Shown here: in pieces, positions 46,000 to 57,707 of the stretch
Position numbering within the stretch: the stretch's first letter is position 1
Layout: each line of letters opens with the position of its first letter
Assembly: GCA_973895155.1 (NCBI GenBank)
Contig: OZ316893.1
Coordinates: 25,471,520 to 25,535,519 of the forward strand
Origin: Marsupella aquatica
Taxonomy: Eukaryota > Plantae > Marchantiophyta
Direction: 5' to 3'
DNA length: 64,000 nt
Program-made: the position numbers and the translations under genes
Notes under the pieces: generated by a model
What the model saw: the letters and a program-made list of their open reading frames with translations, nothing else
Told to the model about the DNA's origin: nothing
The model's database searches: none

Positions 46000-46758
46000 A
46001 TGGCCACCGACAATACTGCCCTCCACTTCAAGACCACAGCTGCAATGCTAGATCATCTCACGGCACTTCCTGCCTCCGAAATCTCAAAAATCCGCCACAT
46101 CCACCTCAAATCCTTCCCCGTCCCGCTCTATACCGACGTGGAATTCTTGAGCTACACAACCTACAACATGTCTGAAATCCTTGCCTTCTTCCCCGGCCTC
46201 GCACTCGACAGGCTGACCGTGGAAGACCCGTATCATGACCCGGCCGTAAACGATGGCTGGGGCGACATGGGTACATACCTCGATATCCAGACCTTGATTG
46301 AGAGCAAGGGCTGGAAGGAACTGCACTATATCTCGCCAACGACGGAGTTCATGTCGAGGCGTAGCCATCACCTTTGGAGGCCGCATCCTCAGGACTGGGA
46401 TAAGCTGTTAAAGGACCGGGATGGCAGGAATTCGGGCGCTGGGGTGAAGATGTTTGTTGCGAAGAAGGAGGGAGTGGCGGGGATGGCGTCTAATCCAAAG
46501 AGGCGGGTGGCGTATAAGACGATTCCTGGTCACACTCGGGCACTGGCGACGGATATCGATGATGATGACGAAGAAACTGTTGTTGATGGGAGAGAAGTGC
46601 TTGTCGTTGCAACGCGGGGGAGGAGTGCGGCCTATGTTCAGGATGGTAGTGGTGTGGACGAGAGCTTGAAGGGTCTCTGGGACCGCATGACTTGGCAGGA
46701 GATCAAGGAGAGCGGGCTGTATGTGGATCCTGAGAATGATCCTTGCGCTCATCTCTGA
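46000..46758 (+). CDS. Intronless 252-aa hypothetical protein resembling uncharacterised fungal proteins
   Basis: Uninterrupted ORF, more GC-rich than its flanks, globular composition; motifs KIRHIHL, PGLALDRLTV, GWKELHYIS, PHPQDW...RDG, EVLVVATRG recalled from ascomycete hypothetical proteins (not searched). Confidence 0.75.
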   Translation: MATDNTALHFKTTAAMLDHLTALPASEISKIRHIHLKSFPVPLYTDVEFLSYTTYNMSEILAFFPGLALDRLTVEDPYHDPAVNDGWGDMGTYLDIQTLIESKGWKELHYISPTTEFMSRRSHHLWRPHPQDWDKLLKDRDGRNSGAGVKMFVAKKEGVAGMASNPKRRVAYKTIPGHTRALATDIDDDDEETVVDGREVLVVATRGRSAAYVQDGSGVDESLKGLWDRMTWQEIKESGLYVDPENDPCAHL

Positions 46759-46864
46759 AGAAAAATGCAAAATCTACAGACTGAGGGAGAATTATGTTGC
46801 TTTGTCAGAGTCTCGGGAGACCTCGGTGTTTGCTCGTCTGTGTCACATTTTCTTGGGATCACGG

Positions 46865-47580
46865 ATTGAGAGTTCTGGAAGCGGCACCGTTCTCCAGTGG
46901 AGATCTCGTCAGCAGAGTGTTCCGCAAGGCCTCAGGGATTTCGGAGTCGGACTTCATGAGATTGGCCTGCCATACACTCTCATAAAAGCTGGTTCCACGG
47001 ATGGCTTCGATGCTTATGTCAATGAGAGTGGCAAGCTAGCTTGTTGGAGAGGCTGAAGAAAGTGTCCTGCAATCTCCTACTGATCGATTCCCCAATCATT
47101 TGAGCATATCCTTAATTTACACCATGATCTTCACCCTGCCGAGCTAGGTTGGACCATGCTGATGTAATTGGTGACATTCCTCTTCGAAGAGTTATCCTGA
47201 ATTCAAATCGCTTCGGTTGTTGCTGGAGTTGGGCCAATACACAGGTGTTTCTGAGAATAAGGCGAGCTGTCAGTTCCTACTTGAACTGAAATGTTGATTT
47301 CGTGTTTCTCTCGGGGTTTTCATGAGCCAATTTATTAGATGTGTAGAGCAATGCTGTCAAAGAAGCTTCAACCTTGGAAACAATGTGGAGAGTGGCTAAC
47401 TCCAGCTCCAGGATATCATGTCACTGTATTGGTGATTGATTTGTATTTGGAGCTCAGGATTGTCAATAATCTCTCCTAAGCTTAGGTACCATGAACTCGA
47501 CCCTTGCTGTTGTTGGTGCTGGTTAGATGTGGATCCATTCTAAAGGCCAGCTGAAAGAGGTCAAGAACTAGGGCTGGGTT
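46865..47580 (+). pseudogene. Decayed partial duplicate of the pTAC16-like gene (exon 2 to intron 4, introns retained)
   Basis: ggcctgccatacac..tcataaaagctggttccacggatggc (cf. ~40113), ccgagctaggttggaccat (cf. ~40345), attcaaatcgcttcggttgttgctggagt (cf. ~40408), ggtcaagaact (cf. ~40840); indels and a broken frame. Confidence 0.9.
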
Positions 47581-47814
47581 TAAGTGAGGTGCTTAGGAGG
47601 AACACCCCTGCCGGTAATCACACATCAAACTGTGGTAATAAACTGTGTGCACTCACTGATTTAAAGAAAATAATGAGATATATCATTGTATGGAGTGTGT
47701 GTGCACTCACTGTGCACTCACTGATTTATAGAAAATAATGAGATATATAATTGTATGGAGTGATGTCGCACATGGTATATGTCATATTTTGATGGGAACA
47801 CCCTCCTGTCGAAA

Positions 47815-48270
47815 TAGGGTTGTTCCACCATCTCTCAACAGTACCAGACTTCCCTGCTGTACCACATACACAGCTTCTTCATCATGGCAGTAGACTTTAT
47901 TGTTCCAAATCACACCCATACTGCCCCAATGCTTCCCTGTTTTAGCATACACAGGCTATTTCCACAGGCTATTTCCACACTTTCATGCCCAGAAACTCAT
48001 GATAGTTGACTATTGTCCTTACCATATTTATGTACTGTAAGGGCGGTCTTGGCTGGGCTGAGGTCTAGTCTGAATAGTGTCACTAAAATGCTCAGAAGCT
48101 TATGCTCAGAAGCTTCCTAGCTTGGGCCGCTTAGCTTTTCTTCACTTTCTGGTCACACGATTACAACCTTGTAACTCTATGCCTAGATGGTCTGTTATCC
48201 TGTATGTAATTCCCACTGCCCACTGAGACATCTCTTTGCAGTGTTACTTTCTCACCCGAGTGATGCCATT
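47815..48270 (-). pseudogene. Fragments of a SEN54-like duplicate
   Basis: agtaccagacttccctgct.tacca.atacacagcttcttca.catggcagtaga (cf. 44124-44178) at ~47840-47937; ttcccac...gagacatctct (cf. ~44258) at ~48210. Confidence 0.85.
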
Positions 48271-49014
48271 GTGAGCCACTGACCAGGATATTCACATTCA
48301 AATACTAGTATATTCAAATGGGCTTCATCTTCCAGGTTGCCCCATGATCACACATGCTTGCCATTGACCAGGGTATTCACATTCAAATACTAGTATATTC
48401 AAGGGTTGCCCCATGATCACACATGCATTGTTCACAAGATCATTTCATTGCACCTGTTTACCCTAATTAGTATCATAACTTATTTAGTCACCCTCGTAAA
48501 TAGTTGTGCACACACTAATAAGGATGTGAATACAAATCTAAAAATGCCCGTGACCAAAGGGGTTTGGTCACAAAAGCTGAACTACTCTTTATAATTTGTG
48601 ACTGATTAGTTATTGTCACCAATACATGAATGTTTCATTAGTATAGTGATCACTCTCGTGAGGGGGAGGTCTCAGGTTCAAAACTCGGGTCCTGAAATGC
48701 TTTGACCCAAATTTGACTCGCAATAGTACAAAAACATGATAAGTTGGGGTTGCATTTAAATTTGAGAAAAATTAATAAATACAAGGAAAAGATAATTCAT
48801 TATAATATGATACCTCAAAATAATATAAGTTTGAAATAGAATTCATACATGTAATTTTTATTTGATAAGAGAAAAAAATGTATCAAAACCTAAATGTATT
48901 TAAAAGACTAACCTAAATTAACCCTAAATCGTCCACCACCTAATCTGAAATAAATCATAAAGAATTTAATCTTTTTCTCCTCTCATCGTCAACCTTTCGT
49001 TGATGTATATACAA

Positions 49015-49152
49015 ACCAGCATCTGAAGGATGAACACGCTCGTCGGCAAAATATTTCTCAAGCAACAAGCATTGTATGCATCGACCAGCATCTAAAGGAT
49101 GAACACGCTCGTAGGCAAAATATTTCTCAAGAACAAACATTGTATGCATCGA
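49015..49152. repeat. ~69-bp tandem duplication
   Basis: accagcatct(g/a)aaggatgaacacgctcgt(c/a)ggcaaaatatttctcaag...cattgtatgcatcga twice. Confidence 0.9.
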
Positions 49153-52100
49153 GAACACTCCATCGATGACAACACAAAGCCAAAGTATATCTCCAACAAA
49201 AAAGAGTTGCATCCAAATGTCCCGCCAAATGTACTAGATTAAGTGACTATAGGCAGGTCTGTAGCAAATGACTAGGTCATTGCTACCACCGGCTAGAGCA
49301 AACTCAACCTAGTCCAAGAGAATACGATAGAAAACTACCTATGAACGACCCTAATGATCGAGCGCGTCCCTCCACGACCACCTAGGCAAATGGTAGGTTG
49401 CAAGCAACGCTTATGGCGCCACTTGCCCCAGCAAATGCCTATGAGGTCGCTTTGGCCAAAAAAGGCAAAAGAATAAGCAATGAGAGGAGAAGAGAAGAGA
49501 ATGAGGAGAATGAACTGAGAGACTCTCCTTTTTATGCTAATCATCTCTAAGTTCCTAATTAATGTCATACCTAAATTCATTAGCGACTAATTAATATCAT
49601 ACCTAACCTAATTAAAAGCACACCCACCCATTCTTCTAGAATTACTCAAATAAAATCTATATCTATGTTGAAAAATGAGTGAGAAGTCCACAAAAGGAAT
49701 AAAAACACATTTTTTGTTTTGATGTTGACCCCCCTCTTGCAAGAAAAAGGAAAGATTTATAAAACCTGAAATCTCTCCATTCTTTGTCTTTATTGTTCCT
49801 CCCCTTAAAAGACCCTTAAACCATCCATCGCTCCCCACTTCTAAGATAGAATAGGGGTTAGCTTGTTCGATACACTCAACTAGTGTCTGCCCCCTCTAGC
49901 AAGAAAAAAATATAAACAAAGACCATTTTGAAAATCTCTCCCTTAAATACCCTTAAACCTCTCAGCAATTAAAGAAAAAATTCTTTAAACCCTTATTATT
50001 TCTCCCCTTAAAGTAATCCTCCATCCGGGCCCCCCCAAAAAAAGTCTCTTTTTGTCTTTTTTATTTTCCCATTCTTTAAAATACCCTTGATTCTCTATCT
50101 GTTTTAATTCTCAAAGAAAATAAAATAATGAGATCAACCATAGGGCATGCTCCTTACTCATCGTTTTTTTTTCTAAAAAACAGAAGCCCCTTTAAAAATC
50201 TTTTCGAGGTGACCAATTTCACCCAAAAACAAAAAGGAAGCCCCTTTAAGAGTCGTACCTTTTCAAGCTCAAATATACACATACTTTTTATAGAAAAAGG
50301 CCAAATAGAATACAAAAGAATAAACAAGAGAGGTCCCAAGTGGACAAAACCAAACGCAAAAGAAGTGAGCAAAAGGAAACCCTAAAAACCAAGAAAGAGG
50401 AACTAAAAAAAGTGAGCAAAATAAAACCCCTAAAAACCAAGAAAGAGTAACTAAAACTACCACAAATGGACCAAGGTCCTCATCACACCTAGCAAATGTG
50501 ACAACAAGTTTTGGTCCCAAAGGGAAATATATAAAAGCATTAAGAAATCCTGATAACTAAAAGACAAAGACATTAAATGGTGAGAGAATCAAGTACACAC
50601 GTACATTGAGGGGGGGGAGCATTTAATGTACTTTCATTTGTGTTGAATACAATATACTGTGTGTACTCCAATTTGTCTTGATCTTGAGTACTCCATACAA
50701 ACTAAAGACTGTTAGAATGAGTATATTATGACTAAAGTATATTTGTGTGCCTCTATATGTACGTGGAGAAAGCATATGTGGAGAAAACGTCTGTGGAGAA
50801 ACGTATGCGCAGAAAAAAAGTTTGGAGCCATTTTGGGCTCCCACCACAAAGCTGAACTTTAAGTTCAGCCAAAAATATATATAGATAATAGGATTAAAAT
50901 AGTACAGGGAGTTAATTGTCATTCATTCTACAGTAGTCTTATTTTGGTCGTATTTACAACCTGATTTGCACTTCATCATACTTTAATGAAGTCTAACTTT
51001 TAATTCACACTCATTTTTAGCCCAAAGAGGCATGACTTTGTGGTCACTTTGAATAGAGACCGATAGGTCTTGGGTTCAACTATTGTGGCTGACTCTCCCC
51101 TTTATGTGGGGTTTCACAGATTTTCCCTTAATTTTTTTTTAAAAATAATAATAAAATAATAAAAATTCACACTCATTTTTTATATGCCCTTGTAAACATA
51201 TCTTATTTCTAGAAAAAAATGTACTTTTCTTAGGTTACACACATTAATTTGTGTTCATCACACACTATTTGCAGGTCACTGTAAATAATCTCACTTACTT
51301 TAATTTAGAATAGCATTATTTATTTTCACTTTTTATGTAATCACACACATTAATTTTGGTTGACATCTTTTAAAAACCTTTGTTCTGAAATATTGTGTGT
51401 GAGATTAACTTCGTGATGGAAATTTACTTTTATGGCCTAGGTCTAGAGTGAAAGTCTCTAGACCATAAGTCTAACTGCGTAACTTAACTTTGGGGGTGCA
51501 TGAATTGTCGACAAATCATAAATGAGTGAGAATAAGAAGGCATCTTTTTCTTGCAAAGTTTTTTTACTCACCTTTATTTACCTTCAAAAAAGAACCGGTA
51601 GTCAGGTTAGTAGGTGTTATCCTATGTCTCGCTCAATATGGCACACAATTTTGATATGGCACTATGCTGTAGATATTTCTAGAGACCCCTCTCTCGTATA
51701 AAAAAAATTAAGTACTGCTAAAGGGAGGTGGTAGGACGGGGTCCACAGACTTATGTTCAGTTTTGTGGGGAGAAAGTGCTCTCCTGGGAAAGAGCAAAAG
51801 ATGGACAGGGGCCCGGGCAGGGTATTTGGGCAGAGGTCAAGGCAAGCACTCCTGGCAGAGGCTAATAACTAGCTCTATATAGGGGGAGTCCAGAAGAAAA
51901 AGTGGCAGAATGACCCACTTAACACTATAATAAATTATTTCACTTTCCTGTTTAGTCGTCAGCAAATATCACAAATAGGATGCTTAATTGTTACAAACAT
52001 GATGCTGTCATACTTGACATGGGTGGACTATGTTTGGACTTTGTGCAAAGTTATTGCAAGAGGATAGAAGGACAAATTCTGTTTGATGGAGCTCCTTTTC

Positions 52101-53576
52101 CTCGATTCCCTCCCCGTTTCCCTCGATTCCCTCCCTTTTCTTTGGTCCTCCATTCTCCCCATTTTCCAGTTGTTATGTCTCCTCCTTCTTGTGCTTCAAT
52201 CCCAGTTTTCTTTTGGCACTGCAAATTTGTACGACCACTGTTAATTAAGTGTTTTTCTTCCTTCCCAATTTTCTTTGGCAGTGAAAATTGTGGCAGTGAA
52301 AATTGTAAGACCACTGTAAAAAATTGGAAAACCACTCTAAACAAAAGCTGGAGTTTTTAATTTATATTCAAGTTATATGGAAATGTAGAGGGTGAAACTC
52401 TGCAAAGTGAGGTGAGTTAGACCCTAAGGGTAAAAACTCTTCTGAGACATCTCAACTCACTAAAACTGAGGTTGATTTTGCATCTCCAAATTGCAAGTTG
52501 AGCAAAGACATAGACATGCTGAGCAACAGCAGCTTCTACTGAATCAAAGCAGCACAAAATCATTCAAGGCAAGCTCCAAGCTAGTGTGAAGATCGCGCAT
52601 GGTTTGCACTGAGAACGTTCAGACAATTTATTTTTTCTAGAAAACAAGACAAGAAACTCAGCAGCAAATGTAGAGGATTGAGCAAAGACCTAGCTCTGCG
52701 CATTAGCTTCTTGAGTGAAGATCATGAGACACAAATCCAGAGCCGCACACAACATACATTTTCTCCTGATCATGAAGCCTCTATGACAACTCTCACGATC
52801 TCAAAGTTTCTATGTCAGCACGCTCATTCTCAAAGCCCCCTATGGCAGCACACACACGTGAAATTGGACACACGAATTCAGGGTGACATACAAGAAAGCC
52901 ACTTCCGGAAGGATGAATAGCATTTCACCCCTTATTTGAACACACAGCAATAAATTCATATTGGGTGCTTGGAGCCCGGGCAATTAGTTGGATTCCCTTG
53001 CTGGACCCTCCTATGCAGTTCGAGCCTGAGCTTTATCAGGCCCTTCAATATGCCACCCTTCAATATGCCACTGGGTAGACTTCAGGGTAGTGTCTTTTTT
53101 TGTTTTGTTTGCACTGGGCTTGTGCCTGGTCTTTTGTCCTTGTTCTCCTTTGATTGGGTTTTTGGCATGTGGGATCCTGCCTCCCCGTTCAGCACCCCCT
53201 GCTTGCTTTTTGGTAGTTTGATATATATGTTGGGTTGATACTTAAGTCACCCCTTGGGTGCTTTTTGGCAGTTTGATATATATGTTGGGTTAAGTCACCC
53301 CTGTATTCGACTGAAAATAAGGGATATTCACCTGCTTTCTGGCACTTTGCGGAAAACTGTTTGACAAGGAAGTGAAGAGTTTTGGGTTGTCCGCCCTCGG
53401 GCTCCTTATCGTGATCAATGACCAACCACACTAGAACAACATATCTACTCCAACAGTGTTCTCGATGCTCTCGATTGTGTTTCTCAAGCATTTCTTCTGA
53501 AGATGCAGCCGTGATCAACCTCTGCAATATGTGTGATTTGCATTGCTCCCTCTGCACTCGACGAAACCCGTAGCGA

Positions 53577-55028
53577 ATGCTCAACTTTCGAGAGATGGCG
53601 TCGAAAATTGGAGCTCATGAAGTTCCTCGGGCACATGTGCTCGCCATACCGTTCATGATGCATGGGCACCTAACTCCAATGCTGAGATTCACGACTGAGC
53701 TTGCGCAGAGAGGCGTCACCGTCTCTTTCATATGCCTTGAGGGCTCCATTCCGAGCCTTACTTCTTCGAGAGGTGATTCATCTTCGGAGCTGCAAAGTCC
53801 CAACTTCCGGTTCGTCACCATACAACAACCTGGCACAGAGGGGTCAAGATCGAGCATGCTCGAAAAGGCTTTCGACCCAACCAAGGAGAAGTTGATTCGT
53901 GATAAGAATGCTGGCATTGCAGGTCCTACGTGCATAATCTCGGATATTTTTCTTGCTTGGTCTGTGGGTGTTGCCGAGCAGTTGCAAATTCCACGGTATA
54001 TGTTGATCCCATCTGGAGTGATCTTTGCGAGGTTCATCCAAGGCTCTGTAGACTATTTTGAGCGTGACCTTTTTCAAATCTCGGAAAAGGATGGGACGCT
54101 AGTCGAATTTGATTGGTCAGTTTGTATCCCTGGTCTTCCTCCTTTGCGCTTCTATGAAATGGACAATCTTGTCCGAAATGTTCCTCGTTTTTACCGGGCG
54201 GTTTCTGAATCAATGAGGAAGTCAGCTGGTGTTCTGGTCAATTCGTTTTTTGAGCTGGAAGAGAAGGTTGTTGAAGTGTTCCAAAATCCTGGAGACAAGC
54301 ACATCAAGGTGCCCAAGATTTACCCTGTCGGTCCCCTGCTCTCAACGACGGTCCTCACAAGTTCCAAGAATATTTCTGGATTAGAAGATTCACGCACCAA
54401 CTGCCTAGGTTGGCTCGACTCCCAGCCTTCCTGTTCCGTCGTCTATGTAGCTTTTGGGACCACGTTCCGCCTCGGCCCAGAGCAGATAAAAGAACTGGCC
54501 TACGGATTGGAGGCCAGCAACCAGCGTTTCTTGTGGGTTTGTCCACTGGAGGAGATCCACCCAGAGCAGGAGTCGTCCTCCTCGATTACCGAAGTACTTC
54601 CACCAGGTTTCCAAGCACGAGTAGGTGATCGTGGTTGTATCGTGACTGGCTGGGCACCTCAATTGGATATCCTAGCTCATTCATCTACCGGTGTCTTCTT
54701 CACTCACTGCGGGTGGAATTCCTCTCTAGAAGCCGTCATCTTTGGGGTACCGATTATCGCTAACCCACTGGACGCAGAGCAACATCTCAATTGCAGATAT
54801 CTCGTCGACTATCTGAAGATTGGCGAACAACTTCAAACAGGAAAAGAACATATTGTGAAGCGGAACGAGGTTGAGAGGGTAGTGCGCCGTGTGATGGTAG
54901 ACTCTGAAGGGAAAGCAATCAGAAACAGGGCAGAGGAGCTCAAAAGGAGAGCTGCAGCAGCAGTGGGCGATGGCGGATCTCAATCAAGATATCTTCAGCA
55001 ATTTCTGGATGATATCAGTTCTCGCTAG
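53577..55028 (+). CDS. Family-1 UDP-glycosyltransferase, intronless (start may be Met at 53595)
   Basis: HVLAIPFMMHGHLTPM (catalytic His), CIISDIF, LVNSFFELE, WLDSQPSCSVVYVAFGT, PSPG box WAPQLDILAHSSTGVFFTHCGWNSSLEAVIFGVPIIANPLDAEQ. Confidence 0.97.
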   Translation: MLNFREMASKIGAHEVPRAHVLAIPFMMHGHLTPMLRFTTELAQRGVTVSFICLEGSIPSLTSSRGDSSSELQSPNFRFVTIQQPGTEGSRSSMLEKAFDPTKEKLIRDKNAGIAGPTCIISDIFLAWSVGVAEQLQIPRYMLIPSGVIFARFIQGSVDYFERDLFQISEKDGTLVEFDWSVCIPGLPPLRFYEMDNLVRNVPRFYRAVSESMRKSAGVLVNSFFELEEKVVEVFQNPGDKHIKVPKIYPVGPLLSTTVLTSSKNISGLEDSRTNCLGWLDSQPSCSVVYVAFGTTFRLGPEQIKELAYGLEASNQRFLWVCPLEEIHPEQESSSSITEVLPPGFQARVGDRGCIVTGWAPQLDILAHSSTGVFFTHCGWNSSLEAVIFGVPIIANPLDAEQHLNCRYLVDYLKIGEQLQTGKEHIVKRNEVERVVRRVMVDSEGKAIRNRAEELKRRAAAAVGDGGSQSRYLQQFLDDISSR

Positions 55029-55224
55029 TTGTCTCCAGATCAACAAAATCAATTGTATCTTATCTGTCCAAACACACACATTGATCCATATCTGTGCACG
55101 CAGGTCAGCAGAGGCAGGAGAGGTGTAACTAGACAGGATTCTAGTTGGGGATTTATTTTCTATTGCTTCCCGTGGGGACGTTATTTCTCGCCTTCTGGAG
55201 CTTAGTTGATCTGGTTCTGGTCGT

Positions 55225-55790
55225 GGGCTGTTTGTACTCTTTTAGCCTCGTTTTACAAAATCGAGGGTCTTCCCACACTGGACACCTAAGAGTGTAGAGC
55301 ATGACTAGCATTTTCTCTAAAGATAAGCATGTCCACTTTCCAGATAACTGTCCAGATTGATGAGCACCCACCTCCTGCCTGCCGGCGAAAGAGCAGGTTG
55401 TAATTGGGACGCACCGAAGCACAATAACTACGTTGATTTTCATCACGAAAAGAGTTCTCCCAAGGAAACACTTCTCCCTACTCAGACTACATCCTGAGGC
55501 TACCTTGAGAGGGGAAGAGCCACTGAATCCAGATGATGCCATAGCAAGGCTGGCCCTTCGGGCTGTTTGTATTCTTTCAGTCTCGACTCTAAAATCGAGG
55601 GTCTTCCCACACCGGACACATATGAGTGTAGAGCATGTCCACTGTCCAGATAAGTGTCCAGATTGATGAGTGGTTGCAATAGGCCACCCACCTTGCTTGT
55701 CTTCAAGAAAACACTTCGCCTTGCCCAGATTACATCCGGGGGCCACCGTGAGAGGGGAAGAAGCAGTGAATCCAGAGGATGCCATAGCTA
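55225..55790 (-). repeat. Two-copy tandem (~335 and ~230 bp) with coding-like content
   Basis: gggctgtttgta...aaaatcgagggtcttcccacac...tccagattgatgag...gaatccaga(t/g)gatgccatagc starting at ~55225 and ~55560. Confidence 0.85.
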
Positions 55791-56603
55791 AGGCAGGGTG
55801 GTAGTACAACTAGAGGATATAAGCTAGATGAGCTTGGGCGGGGGACAATAAACGTCACCACGCCTGCAGGCTGGAGAAAAAAGGTAGGAAGGGAGTACAG
55901 CTGCAAATTACCATCAACAAAACACACGATACACTAATCATGGCGAAAGGCTTTGGCAAACTTGATCTTTCACCGAAGGGAATCAACCAAACTTGAGATC
56001 AAACATTCCATCTTTAGATATGTGATCTATCTAATACTAAACGTAAGGCATCACTCAGAGCGAATTCTGGCAGCTTCTGTGCTCTAGATAGGTGGCCACC
56101 ACATCTCCAGGTGAAAATGGGATTGCAACCAACATTGCCCAGACTCTACAATAGTGCATAAGTCGATTCTTGAATCAATGTCTGGCACCACATCTCCTCA
56201 GCAACTTAGGATTGTAATCTCTGTTGCCCAGACATTAAATGTCTCATAGAATGATTCTCCTGAATCATTTGCACTTGCTGGGCCTAGTCTCTTTCTGGAG
56301 CTTCCCAAAGAAAAGCTTGAATTGCAAACTCTTTTTTATGTGCCTTAAAACCAAGACAAGACCCATCCAAGAGAGGGTAGACTATCTCTACCTTGGAGCA
56401 TGCACCTCTGCAAGGTAGCCACAAGGGGAAGACACCCTAGGGACCCGTCCCAGGAGGGAGAGAAGTCCCAGGAGGGAGAGAAGGTTGAGCTAGGGCCTTA
56501 AAGCTGCCAGCCAGGGGCCAAAGAGAAACCAGTACTGTCACCACTACACCCCACCCACAGTTACACACACACACACATACTCTTCACACCTCTTGTGTAT
56601 AGA

Positions 56604-56664
56604 GGGGGGATTGAACCTGGGACCCCTGGTCCTAGGCTAATCCCCTAGCCAACTGACCTAAGCC
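56604..56664 (-). mobile_element. tRNA-derived SINE-like head
   Basis: Minus strand reads ggcttaggtcagttggctagggg...ccaggttcaatccccc, with A-box-like and B-box-like motifs at tRNA spacing; no clean cloverleaf. Confidence 0.5.
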
Positions 56665-57013
56665 AGTTGCTTATGCGGCCCAACATATTGTCAAAAGGAT
56701 TTGGAACAAAATTCACATTCATGCACCATTGAGTTCAGCACTCCTGGTAATGCACCCAATTGCAGCATGTTGTCCATGCATCACAGGGCCATTTTTCTTT
56801 CCTATTCATCTTTCAGTCTGTGTGTTTTGTAAGTTAGAGTAGAGTCACGGTCTTTATTCTAGACTGTAGGCCTTATAAGTAGCTTCAGTATGCAAATTAT
56901 TAGTAGATGAGGTGACTTAAGAGGAAGGCTAGATTAGACAACAAATTATTAGTACGATGAGATGAGTTAAGAGGAAGGCTAGAAAACACAACACTTCAGT
57001 CCAGATCCTAATT

Positions 57014-57170
57014 GAGGTGTTTACTTGATGGGACCCCAAAATGAAAAGTGTTATTTGATTGGATCCCTGAGTGATCATGACCGTTGATTGACCTCAAATC
57101 AGCGTACCCAAAACTTCAGGGTACTATAAGGTAAGGCTTTTCATTTTGGGGTCCATCAAACAAATACCTC
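57014..57170. mobile_element. MITE (~157 bp), Tourist/PIF-like termini
   Basis: gaggtgtttacttgatgggaccccaaaatgaaaag pairs with cttttcattttggggtccatcaaacaaatacctc (~34-bp imperfect TIR). Confidence 0.75.
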
Positions 57171-57349
57171 CATTCTAATTGCATCATATGGAAGTGAGAA
57201 AATGCGGTGAGTTGAGAGGACGGCAAGAAAAGAAACAACAACTTTTGAGTACTTTGCCACTAAAGATGTTCTAATTGACTTTTTTGTATATTTACAAAAT
57301 TGCCATGGTTTTGTATATGAATGAGAAGTTCACCAAGGTAACAAGAGAG

Positions 57350-57693
57350 TGTTAGATATTGCTCTAGTCTTGTGACTCATGAGCTAACCATAGTTAGTCT
57401 AACTCGGGTTAGGACTTAGCTAATGTTAGCGGTAGTGCTGTTGTGCATATAGCCAGGGCTGATGCCAGACCCTGGTGGAACAAAGGCTCATTGTTATGGA
57501 GCTAGTTGAGAGATAGGAAGAGCTTGTGCTGTGGATGCTTGGTATGGCCGGTCGACCTAGAGTGCAGTAAAGCTCTTGTATGTTCCCGTGGACGTAGCCT
57601 CATGTGGAGGTGAACCACGTATCTCTTTGTGTCGACTCTTGTGCGTTGGATGGTTCATGGGCTTGCCGTTACGAATGTCGTCTATGCTCAACA
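57350..57693 (+). repeat. 5' LTR (344 bp, TG...CA)
   Basis: tgttagatattgctctag ... tatgctcaaca; expected TSD is gagag (57345-57349). Confidence 0.92.
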
Positions 57694-57695
57694 AG

Positions 57696-57707
57696 TGGTA
57701 TCAGAGC
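57696..57707 (+). other. Primer-binding site (initiator Met tRNA)
   Basis: tggtatcagagc 2 nt after the LTR. Confidence 0.92.

Noticed and set aside
48635-48695. Second tRNA/SINE-like head (tagtatagtg...ggttcaaaac)
   Set aside because: Too degenerate to support a call
56604-56664. tRNA gene
   Set aside because: A/B-box-like motifs are present but there is no consistent acceptor or anticodon stem; better treated as SINE-like
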